64,000 nt of DNA from Lytechinus pictus (taxonomy: Eukaryota): contig NC_087251.1 in assembly GCF_037042905.1 (NCBI RefSeq), positions 31,746,001 to 31,810,000 of the forward strand, written 5' to 3'. Below, piece after piece: positions 23,818 to 37,640 of the stretch. A program made the translations under genes and the position numbers. The notes beneath the pieces were generated by a model, which was given only the letters and a program-made list of their open reading frames with translations, searched no databases and was not told the DNA's origin. Position 1 is the first letter of the stretch. Each line of letters begins with the position of its first letter.

Positions 23818-26669
23818 ATGTCAAAAGCTACCAAACGCAAACATGTAACAAGAGAGGTTCTGGAAGATTATATTTTGCCAGAGGAAAATCAACAAATTTT
23901 GAAGGTTAGTAGTAAAAGTAGAGTCTTAAACTTTCACTTGGCCTAGACTTGGTCATGTTGGTCTTGGAAGTTTCGCTTGGCCATGAAACTTTTAATGAAA
24001 TGGCTCAGTCAGTGAGCACATCTCATGCTTGAGTAAACACCAAACTTCAAAGTCAAACCTTGTTTTCTCCTTATTCTTTGGAGCACTCAGTGTTACATTC
24101 AATCAAATATTTATTTTGGTTATTGATCAATTTTCATCTTAGTTAAAAGTTAAAGGTAAAAGACAGTAGGGCCTACCAATTGGCAATAGTTGCAGCAAAC
24201 AATTATTTCATGAGAAAGTCTTTTAATCAAGGTTAATTGTCAAGATATTATCAATTAAATCTAGATCTGGGATCTGTTTCATAAAACTTGTTACAATAAC
24301 AAATTTACAAGAACAGTTAAAAGCTACTGAAATCCTTTAATCTGATTGGCTGATGGTAAATTTGTTATAGAAACTCTGCATTTGTTGCAACAAATCGTAA
24401 TGAAACAGGACCCAGGTAGATCTACTTTATGTAAACTTATCTTTGTAAAAATCATGAAATCAATGGCTCAAAATCGATAATTCTGATGATTACTAACACA
24501 GAAAAGCTATGTGGGAGAGTGTATTAATATTGCTTCGAAAAATACCCAGCATTTGATGGAATTCCATGCTTATTTTGCTCATTTCTCAGCAATTAACACA
24601 TTATCTTCCAGAGGCACATATTTTTTTATTTATACATATACAAACACTTGGGTGGTAATTTCTATTGATTTTGTTCGAACTTGTTTTGAAAAAGCTACCA
24701 CAACTGGTATTTATCTTTAAAGCTTAGAATGTGCTTTTTCAAGCTCAATAATAATCTAAAAATTCATCAGGGGTGATTTTTTGTTGGTGTTGGGGTGGCA
24801 GGCAGGTCACAGTTGATCTCAAGTTGGAAAAAGTGATGCATTTTGGAAGTGGTTGAATTTCTAAAACGTGACCAATAAATAGATGCTGTATTCAACTTTT
24901 AAATTGATAATTTCCTACTGTTGAAATAATTACAAACTTGTTTAAAAAAACACTCAATTTAATTTAATCATTTGTGATTTGCTTTTGCAGATACTTGGAG
25001 GAAGAGGAAACAATCTTCATGAAGCTCAGACATCTGAAGGAGATAAATTCCTGATCAGTATGCCAACCAGGTTTAGGAAAAATGTCTGGATAAAAAGGGG
25101 TAAAAGAAATATTCTATCAGTCATTTTCTGGATTAAGTGTTGAAAATTATTGGCATCAATGTCTCCTTATCAGACAAAATAGCTTTTTGCAAAACTCTTT
25201 TCATACAATATCTGTCATTTTCCCAAAAATGTTAACCTGTAGAAACAATATAAAGTATATTACAAAATACAAAGTATATTGCAATTGATAATGCACTTGC
25301 CCTGCATGCATGGACATTATCACTTGAAATAACTAAACTGCATGTGCACGGACCAAACATGTTCACAAGGAGTGAGTTCATAAAATGATGATAAATGTGC
25401 TTTTTTTTTTAAATTTGATTACATGTAGGTGACTTTGTGCTTGCTGACCCTATTCTAGAAGGTGATAAAGTGAAGGCTGAGATTGTTGCAATTCTCTACC
25501 CTAAGCAGATCAAATATATCAAACAAGAACAACTATGGTAGGTATATGCAGGTCCATGGTATATGTAATTTACACATTATGCACTTATACCAAGTCTCCC
25601 CAAAGTGAACATTTTTTTAAAGGTTCCTTGGGGTGCAGGGTGAATTTGCCCCTGTAATGCCTAAAAGATCCCCGGAAACTAATACAATATCACAAAGCAA
25701 CAATGTCCCGATAGTATTAGTTGAATAATTTATATGTTTTATGGCTTGGATTGGCTTTTCAGGGATAAAATAACGGGGGTGCAGTAGTCTGCTGGGCAAA
25801 CCCTTCACTCGAGTTAAGGGTCTGAATGTGCAGCCTACTCATGCCTTGTGTACTGAAGGCTCTCTCGCAAGTTTTGTATGTGCTAGTCTTTGCGTGGAGG
25901 CACACTTGTTGATCAAAGTTCCAATCAGGGTCTGTGCCTGCAGACTAGGGGTGCAGAGTGAATTCGCTCCTGAATGCCCCAAAGAGCCCAGATAACTGTA
26001 ATACAACATCACAAAGCAACATAGTCCTGGGGCCCGTCTTACAAAGAGTTGCGATTGATCCGATTAATCGTAACTATGGAAAGCCAGCAAAGTCAACATA
26101 TAAAATGCATGTTTGTCCAAAAGATTTTCTAGATATGAATGTATATCCATGAATTTATTGATTTCTTGACCATTTGGTGTGTTCTCCTTTGTTTACAAAG
26201 GAAATTTTGCAAATTTCTTGTAGAAAAAATTATGGCACTGATGGATTTCCATAGAGTTACGATTGCTTGGATCAATCGTAACTCTTTGTAAGACGGGGCC
26301 CTAATAGTATTAGTTGCATAATTGATACCTTTGGATTCTCATTGTGTTACTAGGCCTCAAGGTTTTGTCACAGGAGCCAGTGAGATTAGGAATCAAAACC
26401 CAGAAGGCACTGAAGTAGAGGCCTTGACCAACCAGCTCAATGATGCATCCATAGCTGACAGAGATGTAGAGGAGAATAACGGGATCTCTGATGGAGAAGA
26501 GGATTATAGTAGTGAAGACAATGATGATGACTTGTTTGTCAATACAAACAGACCCACAGTTACATATTATTATTCAGATAGTTCAGAAGAAGACGAGGAA
26601 GAGGAGGAAGACGATTGTGAGGGGGAGGTTCAAGAGGTAACAGATGAAGATCATAGTGCGGACCGATAG
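23818..26669 (+). CDS. EIF1AD: Probable RNA-binding protein EIF1AD, 4 coding exons: 23818-23904, 24991-25099, 25429-25537, 26354-26669 (~206 aa)
   Basis: MSKATKRKHVTREVLEDYILPEENQQILK/ILGGRGNNLHEAQ...LISMPTRFRKNVWIKRG/DFVLADPILEGDKVKAEIV...QLW/P, then an acidic tail with DDLFVNTNR. GT-AG junctions are in phase. Confidence 0.95.
24150..24720. mobile_element. TTAA-flanked non-autonomous element (Kolobok-like) with nested Harbinger-like MITE (24269-24413); second copy at ~63306-63714
   Basis: TTAAAGGTAAA...AGTTGCAG ... CAACTGGTATTTATCTTTAA. Colinear with 63306-63714, which lacks the GGGATCTGTTTCATAA...TGAAACAGGACCC insert. Confidence 0.7.
26029..26301. mobile_element. Palindromic MITE (Harbinger-like) in EIF1AD intron 3
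   Basis: GGGGCCCGTCTTACAAAGAGTTGCGATTGATCC ... GGATCAATCGTAACTCTTTGTAAGACGGGGCCC. Confidence 0.8.
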
Positions 26670-27161
26670 CCGTCTCTTTAGTTAACACAGAGCCCATCAA
26701 GAAAGGGTGTTATACTTTGAGGAAGTTACATTGCATTAGAGTCTCATTGAGGACTAGGTCTTGTATCAATTCCAAGTTCATGTGTGCACATCTTTGCTTA
26801 TAAGTCATATTTAAAGAGAGAGTCCACCAAGAAATGAAGGTATTCAAGCAAAATGAAAAATTGCATGTTCTGAAGATGGCAAGAATACTTATTGAAATGT
26901 TTATTTGGGTGGTCCTTTCTGGACCAAACATTCTTGTACTTTAACCCCACAAGAGTATTTTGTCAACTGTAGGGTAAAACCTCCACATTGATTCATATTT
27001 TGTTATGGAAACCTTCAGAAGTTGTTAAAATAAGTTATTATTGAATCACAATATCAATGTGGGTTCATGCCATATTTCCGGACCACAAATAGGTTACAAC
27101 AATGTCAATTCCACTGTTGTTTGACATTAATATGAGGAAATATTGAAATTCATGTTATATA

Positions 27162-27539
27162 GGTAAATTGCCTTTTCGTCTACTGCCAACTCGTCCACAT
27201 GGTCTAATTTCATTTAGTCTAATGCCATTTCGTCCAACATTATGTCTAACAACCATTTGGTCCAATCATCACTTTGTCTAATCCCCATTTCGTCTATGAC
27301 CATTCGTCTCATAACCAGTTAGTCTAATATCCATTTCATTTTCATTTATTTTGCACAATTTAACACTTAGTCCAGTTAGACCTAATGGTATATGGACTAA
27401 ATAGCTATTGGACCAACTGGTTACTATACAGAATGGCATTAGACTAAATGAAAGTAGACCATGTGGTGAGTAGACAAACTGATGGTAGACCAAATGATAG
27501 TAGACAAGCTGGCTATTGGACGAATTGGAAATTAACCGT
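27162..27539. mobile_element. MITE built of short internally repeated motifs
   Basis: Left arm repeats TTCGTCTA/TCGTCCA and right arm repeats TAGAC/TGGAC (inverted). Termini are GGTAAATTGCC / GGAAATTAACC. Confidence 0.6.
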
Positions 27540-27890
27540 TATATAATGATAAAACAAAATAAAAAGTTAGAGGATGACATCACTTCACTTTGCATGCTAA
27601 CAAGGATGTGCATTTAACGGTTTTGTGAAATAAAATAAAACTTAAGATGTCAGAAATATCCTTATTTCATCTCCAATTTTGATGAAATTTTCAGCATTAT
27701 GCTTGTTTGTGTTTTCTTCAAATCAAACTTTCGTTGGGAACTTGGGGTGGACTTCCACTTTAAAGCAAGCATCCACTAGGGTCAGGACAACATCAGTACA
27801 TGGCACAGAATGCAATATAAGTAATCTGCATTCCTCCATAAGCGTGTCCAGACCTTTTAAATGATGCTTTGCTGTTCCCAAATGTTCCTT

Positions 27891-28066
27891 GGGGTGTTTC
27901 ACAAAGATTTAAGTATGACTTAGGGTTGCACTTAAATGCCTAGTTGCGTGCGTTATAATAGGCATGACCGCATTGTTCAGATCATGCCAAGAGGACGCGG
28001 ACAACTACATTATATGGCATTTATTTGTGACTCTTTAAGTCATGCTTAAATCTTTGTGACCCCCCC
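27891..28066. mobile_element. Short Harbinger-like MITE family; copies also at 37402-37613 and 42861-43044
   Basis: GGGG(T)GTTTCACAAAGATTTAAGTATGACTT ... AAATCTTTGTGA(AACA)CCCC recurs at three loci. Confidence 0.7.
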
Positions 28067-29315
28067 TTTGCATTTTGGGTTGGCAAAAAATTGTTAGCAA
28101 CCAAATTTGGTCTCAACTAAAATTGGATATGGAAAAATTACTTCTTGACACCTTGAGGAGCTTGTGTTGTCCTGGCGATGTCTGTCCTCAATGTTCTTGA
28201 ACACTTCTGCAGAATATTTGCAAAAATGTTAAATAAGCAAGTACACTTTTTACACTGTCCTTATGATTCACAAAATGACTTCATTTTGTTTCATGATATT
28301 GTCTAATTACTATCTTAATTGTAGTGGCTCTATATGTTACATGGCAAGAATCTGGTTGGAAAATGGAAGCTTCATGCTTGTTTTCAGAATGGATAGCATA
28401 TTGACTTGGGACTCATTTCTTTCTCATTAACTTTGCAAACAGCCCAATACATATACAAATATAAAATATTTGAATGAAATTTTGAATTAGTGCTGCAAAG
28501 ACTTGTGCCACCTTCATTTCAAGCATGTTCTTGTACATATAGGTCAATCATTGATTTAAATGTTCATATGAACAAAACTACTATAACGTCTTTGTTAAAA
28601 AAAAGTGCAAAGCGTGCACAACATGTCTTCAAGAGAGTCTTCAAATTAGATGCTACCTAGCTCATTTGTTTGTAATCAAGTCTTGTCTCCAAGCTATATG
28701 ATCAACCATTTACTGTATGTACAATGCCAATAAATCATATAAAAAAGTATTTAGTCTTGAGATTTCCATTACTATAAAATTGTGTCATTTCCCCTCATTT
28801 CCATAGCTCTATTTTATACTGTTTTTTTTTCTTTGACAATGCATCCCAGAAAATTGAACCCGAGAATCATTGTTGATTTATCATAACTTTATTACAAATA
28901 TAGTAGACAAATTGAATATTGTAAAGCTTAAAATCTCTTCTTGTACTCGGATTAACCATGGACCCTTCATAGTTAACTCAGAAGATTCCCCATCCATGCA
29001 TGAGAGAGTAAAGGCAATTTGAAGAAGGGATATAAAAAAGTCATTTTTTGAGAGTTATCTGATTAAGATTTTGATTAGAATGTTATAATTTATGAAGCGA
29101 AAAAAATCTTACAACTAAACTTTTGGATTGTGTGATATAATAATAATAATATGCAACATTTATACAGCGCTTAATACAAATGTTTCTAAGTGTTGCATAC
29201 TATTATGTGAATTCCATTTTCAAGATTCTTGTCGATTTGAATTCCAGGCATAAACACATACCATACCACATAAATACAACAAAATTATTTGGAAGATATT
29301 CTTTTGCAGTGTCAA

Positions 29316-29850
29316 TTTTTTTTTCTTGCCTAAATGCAGTTCGGTAGAGAGTAGTGACCTAGTACTACTAATCCCTTTTCTGCTAGTCCGTTAGTTTGTT
29401 CCAAAATGTGAAAGTTTTTGTTCAACTTGCTCTCATTTCTTTATTTCTGCATCAATTAAGTTCATACAAGTATGGTATATATGATCCTTGGATAATACCA
29501 CATGTGCTTTATGAGGGTGATGGGTTCAAAAGGTCAAATGATAATGTTCAAGTTTTTGTTCAATTTGCTCTTATTCCTTGAATCCTGTATCAATTACATG
29601 TATGTTGAAACTTGGTACATATTATCCTTGAGTAGTACCATGTATGTCCATGAGGGTGATGGGTCAACTCATAGGTCATCTAGGGGTCAAAAGGTCAAGT
29701 TGCTCTCATTTCTTTATTTCTGCATCAATTGTGTTTACACTTGGTACAAATAACCATTTGGTAATACCATATGAGGTCAAAAGATCATATTGCATATTTT
29801 ATCGATCACAATATATCAGGCAAGACTCGTGGTTCATGAACCACCTTGTT
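29316..29850 (+). mobile_element. Helentron-associated (DINE/HINE-like) non-autonomous element
   Basis: 5' T-run plus TCTTGCCT, matching 3' subterminal inverted AGGCAAGA, 3' hairpin GTGGTTCA-TGAACCAC then CTTGTT, and ~150-bp internal tandem units containing AAAGGTCAA. A related fragment in opposite orientation is at ~32340-32750. Confidence 0.6.
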
Positions 29851-32800
29851 TTATTACACACTGGGTACAGCAGTGATCTGGCAGGGGATGTAGAACGGTT
29901 AGAAGATGTGGGGGGGGGGGCTGAGTCGGCTGACCATTTCAAAATCACAATTAGATGGTCGTTTTTTTTAAGAGTTTTTGGAAAAAAGTGGGGGCTGAAG
30001 TACCGCGGCTCCTGTATGGTATCTCTAATAATTCATTGTTGTTCTCTTTTCTTTCTCCCTTCTACACATCTCTTTATAATCTTTCATCATAACCCAGACA
30101 ACTTAAAGACAGGAAAGAACACCTAATCTTTATCTGATTTGTACAGATGTGGTGCAACAACTGTTTTATTTCTTTTCTTTTCTCATAAAACTACAATACA
30201 TATACAACAAATGCAAGGACTTTGACAGAGTTCTTTATTAATCTTGATGCTATTCATGGTAATCTTTAAAAAGAAATAATCTTGTATCACTTTTCTCAAA
30301 GAGTTTCTACACTGTATAGGGTATGAACATCATTTTTATCTAGTCACCAGCACACAAGGTTTCTAACTGCATATGAATCATAGAAACATATCGTCCACTA
30401 AGGCAAAAAAGGTCACAAGTCCGAAGTCTGTAAATTCAAAAAACAAAAAAGCGGTATGCTACTGCCAAGCACATTGTGGCAATGGCGAAACCTTTTCTTG
30501 CTTGTCCACATTGCATAATAGACCAAATCATAGACCTTGGCCATTTTAGAAACCAAAAGTTCACCAAAAGAAAATGGAAAATAGAAGTTTACTATTTGTT
30601 TTTTTTACCACACTTGCTTGATAAAGCAGACAGGCCCTCCATCTTCCAAACTGATTAACAAAGGTACTATCAATAGATTATCAACATCAATTTTGGAAAT
30701 TATTATTCAAATCAACAAATCAACTACAATAAGTTTATTTGAACACTTGATATCGAGTTAAGCTAGACAATGCACAATATTTTTCTTGAAAAGTTATGTT
30801 GTATGTACATGTTTCTCTATTTTTTTCTCATAATTTATAGCACAAACACTAAAAACACATTGAATTCATGATTTTTTTCCCTCATAGCAATCTTCGCTCC
30901 AGAATTTTCACTCAGTATATGTAAAATCTACTTCAATGGCCTTGAATCACAATTCTAAGAGCTATCTACTTCATTGGCTGAACGACAACCAATTAAACAC
31001 ATAGACCTACAAGTATATATTTTGGCATATATCTAACTACAATCTTCAAAACTACAATGACCTGTATCTTTTCAATAATAAGTTGTATGAACATCATTGT
31101 ACATATCTTACCCAGGAAAGACCAGTATTGTACATTTTTCCTCAGAAGTAAAAATAAAACCCAAAGATTTCTCCAATTTCACCAATTAATGATAATAAAA
31201 ATAGATAACACCCTCCCCAAGTGCTTAACACATAAGACTTGCTCAACACATGACTTCAAACATAAATTTAAAAAAAGTTCTTTTAACAGAAATAATGGAG
31301 TTGGAATTCTTTAATTTAAAAGGAAAAAAAAAAACATTTCTTTACAAACATATTAACTGTTGCCTGCACTATAAATCAGAAAACATGACCCATCCAGGCT
31401 TAACAAAACATAACGTGAATGAGTGCATTCAATTTAATACAAATATTTATACACTATGTAATGACTTTATAAACTGTTTCAGTCTTGATTGCACAACATG
31501 TTTATACTTTGTTTTCTTTATACACCTGCGTTTATATATGTTGCAGCCTCTGAAAAGTGGTTAAGAAGAAGAAACACAGAAGAAGTTAAGAATATATCTT
31601 GGCACACAGAACCAAGTACCCTGGAATATTGATTGTCCACTAAATAAAGCATCTATTACATTGTTCCTTCTTAGCAGTTACTATGAAAACTAATGGCCTT
31701 ATAAAGAACTAACCACCACATGAAGATAGACTGTTAAATAAATTGAAATTTTGAAGGACAAACAGAGAAAAATAATAACGGACGATAATACAACCCTGAT
31801 TTTAGGTCATGAAGGGACATAGTCTAAATTTGCACACAATTGGTCATCTCAATAATCAAGATGGATAAGTTTATAGGACTCTATTAAAAAAAGAAATGGC
31901 AAAAGTACATGTTTGACATGATAGGGAGTTGTGATTAAAAAAACATGGATCAATATTCATAACCAAATAATTGTAGAAAACTCAAAAAAAAAAGCTAAAC
32001 ATCAGTGTAAAAGGAAAGATAAGTCAATGCTTCAAATGACAAAATAATAAATAATAAAAAATACCACATTTCAAGGCTTCTTGAATTTTTTTCTGCAGCT
32101 ATTTTGCTGGGTCATTGCGGAAAGTTTACAGAACAGTTTCACACTTAAAAAACAAAAGATTAAAATATCTCTAACTAAACTGATATGCAGCCAATCTGAT
32201 ACGGAACTTTTACAATAGCCTCATGCAGTCTCACCTGCAATTCAATATAGTAGTAATGCTGACTTTGAAAACAAGTAAGATGAATAACTTTTTGAAGAGA
32301 GACAGAGAGAGGGAAAAAAAAATTCATTAGATAACTTTATCCTACTTTCATTGACCTCAAACGACCTTTGACCTTGACTAGATCCTATAAAGACCTAAAA
32401 TTACATCCATCTATTTGCTGATACTTGATTATATGTAAGTTGTATGCAATACAGACTTATTCTTCAAATGTTATCTTGCAAATTCAAATCCTTAACGTTG
32501 TTAAAAGTTTTTGATGTTGATGCCACATTGTAGAATGTCTTTGACCCTAATATAAATGACCTTTGACCTTGATCATATGACCTGAAACTCAAGCCAAATG
32601 ATTAGTGATACGTGATTAACCTCACGTCTTAGTTATATGAAACAGTTTTGATTACATTCCAAATACTTAACCTTGGAAAAGATTTATGTTGATGACACTG
32701 TCGGAAAAGCAATCCCTATGTCGTTCTTCTGCTATGCAGGCGAGACAAAGAGGGTTAGATATTAACAGAGAACTATAAGGTAAGGAGAAAGATGAACAAA

Positions 32801-35800
32801 TAATCATACAAGCAGAAAGACAATTTCCCTGGATCTCCCTTCTTGTATATATATCCTAATCTCCAATCTTTGCACCAAATTTCTTGGACACTATCCCTTA
32901 TCTTAATCCAATAAGAATTGCACCAAAGGGCAGTACATACATCTCTATCTGCTGACATTATTTATATACAATTTACAAAATGAAGCAACTGAACATTAAA
33001 AAAACAACACAATATAAAACAATGTTTTTGGGGGAAAAAAATACATACCTACTCACAAGTAACATGTTATAAAGGTGATCATCTCTCCGGGGAGATCTGG
33101 GTATATACATGTCCAGGTTGACCCCATGGAAAAAGTATAATGCAAATTTTCAAAGGATGAAAAGCAGGAGTGATTAATCATACATAACGAGACATGCTGC
33201 TTCATCACCCCCACCCTTCTCCATTTCTTCAACTGTAATGAAAAAAAGATGAACGCTATTTTATAATTATACAGTCATTTTCTACATATGATTTAGTAAG
33301 GGACACTACCATTCATTACATTACATTACAACTTTCTAAACCTTAAATAACTTTATTAATAACAAATTGAAGGGTTGTTTTTCATATTGATCCCCTTGAC
33401 ATTATAGATCAAGTCACCCCACAAAAACTGTGATTTGAATCAATTGAGAAAAATCAAACAAGCATAACACTGAAAATTTCATCAAAATCAGTTGTAAATT
33501 AAGAAAGTTATGATATTTTAAAGTTTTGCTTTTTTTACATATCATTTATATGCACGATGCAGTGATATGCAAATGGGAGAGTCTATGATGTCGCTCACTC
33601 AATATTTCATTTGTTTTTTTGTTGTTTGAATTCTACAATATTTCACTTCTTACAGATTTGACAATGTGGACCAATATGACTGAACTATAACATGTTAAAA
33701 CAATGGTAATTCCACATGTTAAGGGAGGAATAAAACTTTGTTTCAAAGGTCAATGAGGAGAAAATTAGAATACTTCATATTTCATATAAAAATTCATAAG
33801 AAATAGTGAGTGAGTGACATCATCAGTCCCCTCATTTGCATACAGATCAGGATGTGCATGCAACTGATTTGTGAAATTAAGCGAAAATTTAAAATGTCAT
33901 AACTTTCTTATTTTACATCTGATTTTGATGAAATTTCCGGTGTTATGCTTGTTGGATTTGTTTTTTTCTTCAAATCAACTTTTTGTTGAGGGTGGACTTG
34001 TCCTTCATTGACAAATTTTCCAAGAGTGATGTACTAAAAGCTTATATTTTTAGCAAGAAATGTGCGGGCATAAAAAATACATGCATTGATAATGTCTAAT
34101 GGGAGTTGTGCAGTTCAGATTAAAAAAGTACATAAGAAGATCAATTTACATTGTATCATCTGGGAAGATTGAGTGAATTAGCGATAGTTTGAAGGTGCAA
34201 TTAGAAGCATCATCATATGTATAGATCCATATTGAAACATACATGATTGATATTATGGCAAGTGTGCAAAAAGAGAAATCAGAAAGTTCTAAAACACCAT
34301 ATATTGCACTCACTATAGAAATTCTTCTACCAGGAAAATACAAAATTTTATGAGGCAAGAGTAGATAAACAGGTAGCCCTGACATGTTTTGTAAGCTAGA
34401 TGGCATGTCTTTCGAAAATAGGCAAGAGCCTCAACAGAACCACATTTGCGTCTCTAATACATTGATAGAACTCAATTCATAACAGAATCTTTTAAAGGCT
34501 ATTCACACAAAAGATTTAACAAACATAGGACTGAGATAGGTCACAGTATATCATCACTTACAGTTCAATTAAATTATGTAATTCAAATCACTTACAATGA
34601 TAGATAAGGAGAAAACAAATTTATGAAAGCATATATGTGCCAAGAATCTTCCCATGCACAGAACTATAAAGACATTAAAAGATTCTGCAAATCACATGAT
34701 GTAAATGGGATTAAAATTTAAATAAAATAGAGCAAATCTACCATTGGTATGTCATTTGTCTTTATATGAACCAAATTCTTACTTTTTAGAGTAAAAAAAT
34801 TACATTTTTTATTAAATAAAAATAAAAACAGTATTAAAAAAATGAAAATGCAGGCAGTGCACATTAATTTGACCATTGATACTTGGTAGAAAGTACTAGT
34901 AGCCAATTTCCCCAATTAAATATTGTTTGTAGACGTTAATTGTAATAAGAAATAACAGTAAACAATATTAGGTAACTGAAACCTGATTCTCTTTAATAAT
35001 GTATTAATTAATTCCGGCTATCATTCACAGAAATTCTAGTCCATTTTCACAACATGAGAGTGATTTTGTACTCAGAGAGTGGTTAGCAAACCTGTTCATT
35101 TACAAGAATTATACCCTCAGTTAAGTTGAATGGAAAATGATATACCCTCATCATTCAGAATTCCAGTGTCTTTATCCAAAGTAATACTATCAAAGCAAGT
35201 TTAATTTGCATCTTTAGCATTCATGACTTAAGACATCCCTATATTTCTGATGCAATTCCCCCTTTTTTTTTTTTACAACATCTCCACAAGATTGTTAGTT
35301 GTGTTACATATCATATTGCAATGCAAGTTCTTGTCGTAGGTCAGTTACAAGTACATCTGTATTTACACTTAACACAAAATACATACAAACAAAACTTGTA
35401 AGTCATCATGGCAAGAGTAAGAGAAAGTCCTATTATTTCAAGAAAACAGAGAGGAAATACAGAAAATGCAGTGCTAAAAGTCCTCCCAACCCCCAATAAA
35501 TAACCCACACTCGATAAAAAGATATCCTCCTTCCAATTCTTCTGCCACTACTCTGAACGAAATATATTCATATTTATAGATTTATATATATATAATATAT
35601 ATATATATATATTATAATGCTATATACACATTGGCATACTTATTATGTAGTCACATCTCTGCCTCCCCCATTATGTACAAACAGTTTACATAACATGTTC
35701 TAAACGCGTCCTCAGCGGTATGTGTATGAAACGTCAGTGTCAGTTTTTGTTAGCGGTAAATTGTGATCTGCCAAGTCAGAGAATTGAAAAGGTTCTGGAA

Positions 35801-36221
35801 AAGTGATAGGAGAGACAGTCACACTCCCAAACAGCATTAAGTTGTCATGGTAATGAAAGAAAACATGGTTATTGGTCATAATATAAAGGAAAGAATAATG
35901 AAAATATCCGAGTTCCGATAACAGTTGCAAAGAAATAATTATAGAGCAACTCATCCTTCATGAGTTCAAGATAATCCAATATTATTGTCAACAATAAACT
36001 TAATTTGGTATTGTAAAAACATACCTTGACTTTTTAATTGAAACATTGCTTTTATTTGTCAGAATGAACTCTAACTAGAAAACCACCATTACACACAAAT
36101 GTGTCCTATATTAAACACACTACCTACTGGATCTTCGTATTCTCATTGGTTTTATATAGGGATCTCCCAGTTCCCATCCAGCATCATAAGGATCCCAGTG
36201 TTTTTTTTATATCTCACTTAA

Positions 36222-36818
36222 AGGTCTAGTCCATCCTAGAAAAATGTTGATTTGAATCAATAAAAAAAATCAATCAAAGAAGCATAACAATGAAAATTTC
36301 ATGAAATCGGATGTAAAATAAGAAAGTTATGACATAAAAAAAAAAAAATTCCACAAAACAGTCATATGCACAACTTGGTGACATGCAAATGAGAGAGTCG
36401 ACGATGTCTCTCATTCACTATTTCTTTTGTTTTTTATTGTTTGAATTATACAATATTTATAATTTTTACAGGTTTGACAATAAGGACCAACTTGACTGAA
36501 ATAAAATGTTAAATGTTAGTTCCACATATTCAAGAAGGAATAAACCATTTTTTACAGGACAATAAAGGAGAAAATTATAATATTTCATAATTCATGTAAT
36601 AGAATACAAAAGGAATATAGAGTGGGTGATGTCATCAATCCCCTCATTTGCATACCGACCAGTATGTGCATAAACTGTTTTGTGAAATTAAGCAAAACTT
36701 AAAAATTTCATAACTTTCTTATCTTACATCCGATTTTGATCAAATTTTCAGTGTTATACTTGTTGGATTTTTCTTTTTTTAAATTCAAATTAACTCTTTG
36801 TTGGGGTGGACTTGTCCT
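36222..36818. mobile_element. TTAA-flanked long-TIR MITE (Kolobok-like, AGGACAAGTCCACCCC family); other copies ~20186-20345 (partial), ~27540-27760 (partial), ~33406-34004, 36823-37389, 61423-61994
   Basis: TTAA|AGGTCTAGTCCATCC ... GGGGTGGACTTGTCCT|TTAA. Shared internal motif GAAAATTTCATCAAAATCGGATGTAAAATAAGAAAGTTATG and its inverse. Confidence 0.8.
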
Positions 36819-37640
36819 TTAAAGGGCAAGTTCACCCCCCTCCCCCTCCCTCAAAAAAATAAAATAAAAGGAGAATAATCAAACAAGCTGAACACATAAT
36901 TTCATCAAAAGTATAATAAAATTGTTATGACAATCAAGCTTCGCTTAATTTCACAAAAGCTATAAGATCCTCCTTATACTGGGGTGTAGGAACTGGAAGC
37001 ATTGCTTATTTATCCTTGTTGCTATGTAAATTAGGCAGCCAAAGACATCACTCACTCATAATTTTTATGGGGTATTATATGAAATGAAATATGATTTTGT
37101 TTTTTCCTAATTAAATGTGAAACAGAAGTTTGATTTCTCACAGAACAGTAGAAATCTATTGCTGTAACCTCGTGTAATTCAATGAAGTTTCTTCATTGTC
37201 AAATCTACAAAAATCAGCATATTGTTATTGCATTAATGTGTGAGCGACATCATTAACGCTCTCATTTGCACATCACTCTGATGTGCATACAACAACTGTT
37301 TTGCGAAAATTTTCAGAGGTATGTTTTCTTGATTATTCTCTGTTTATTCAAATCAACATTTTGTTTTGGTGGAATCCCCCCCCCCTCCTTTAATGAGATC
37401 TGGGGGCATTTCACAAAGATTTAAGTATGACTTAGAGACGCACTTAAATGCCTAGTTGCGTGTGGTATAAAAGGCTTGACCGCATTGGTGAGATCATGCA
37501 AAGAGGAACGTACAACTGCATATCAATCAATAAGATTGTGCATTGCATATGATATACGTGCCGACTCTAAGTCATACATGTACCGGGTACTTAAATCTTT
37601 GTGAAACACCCCCATGTTCCTTTTTCCTAAAGGTTGGCAT

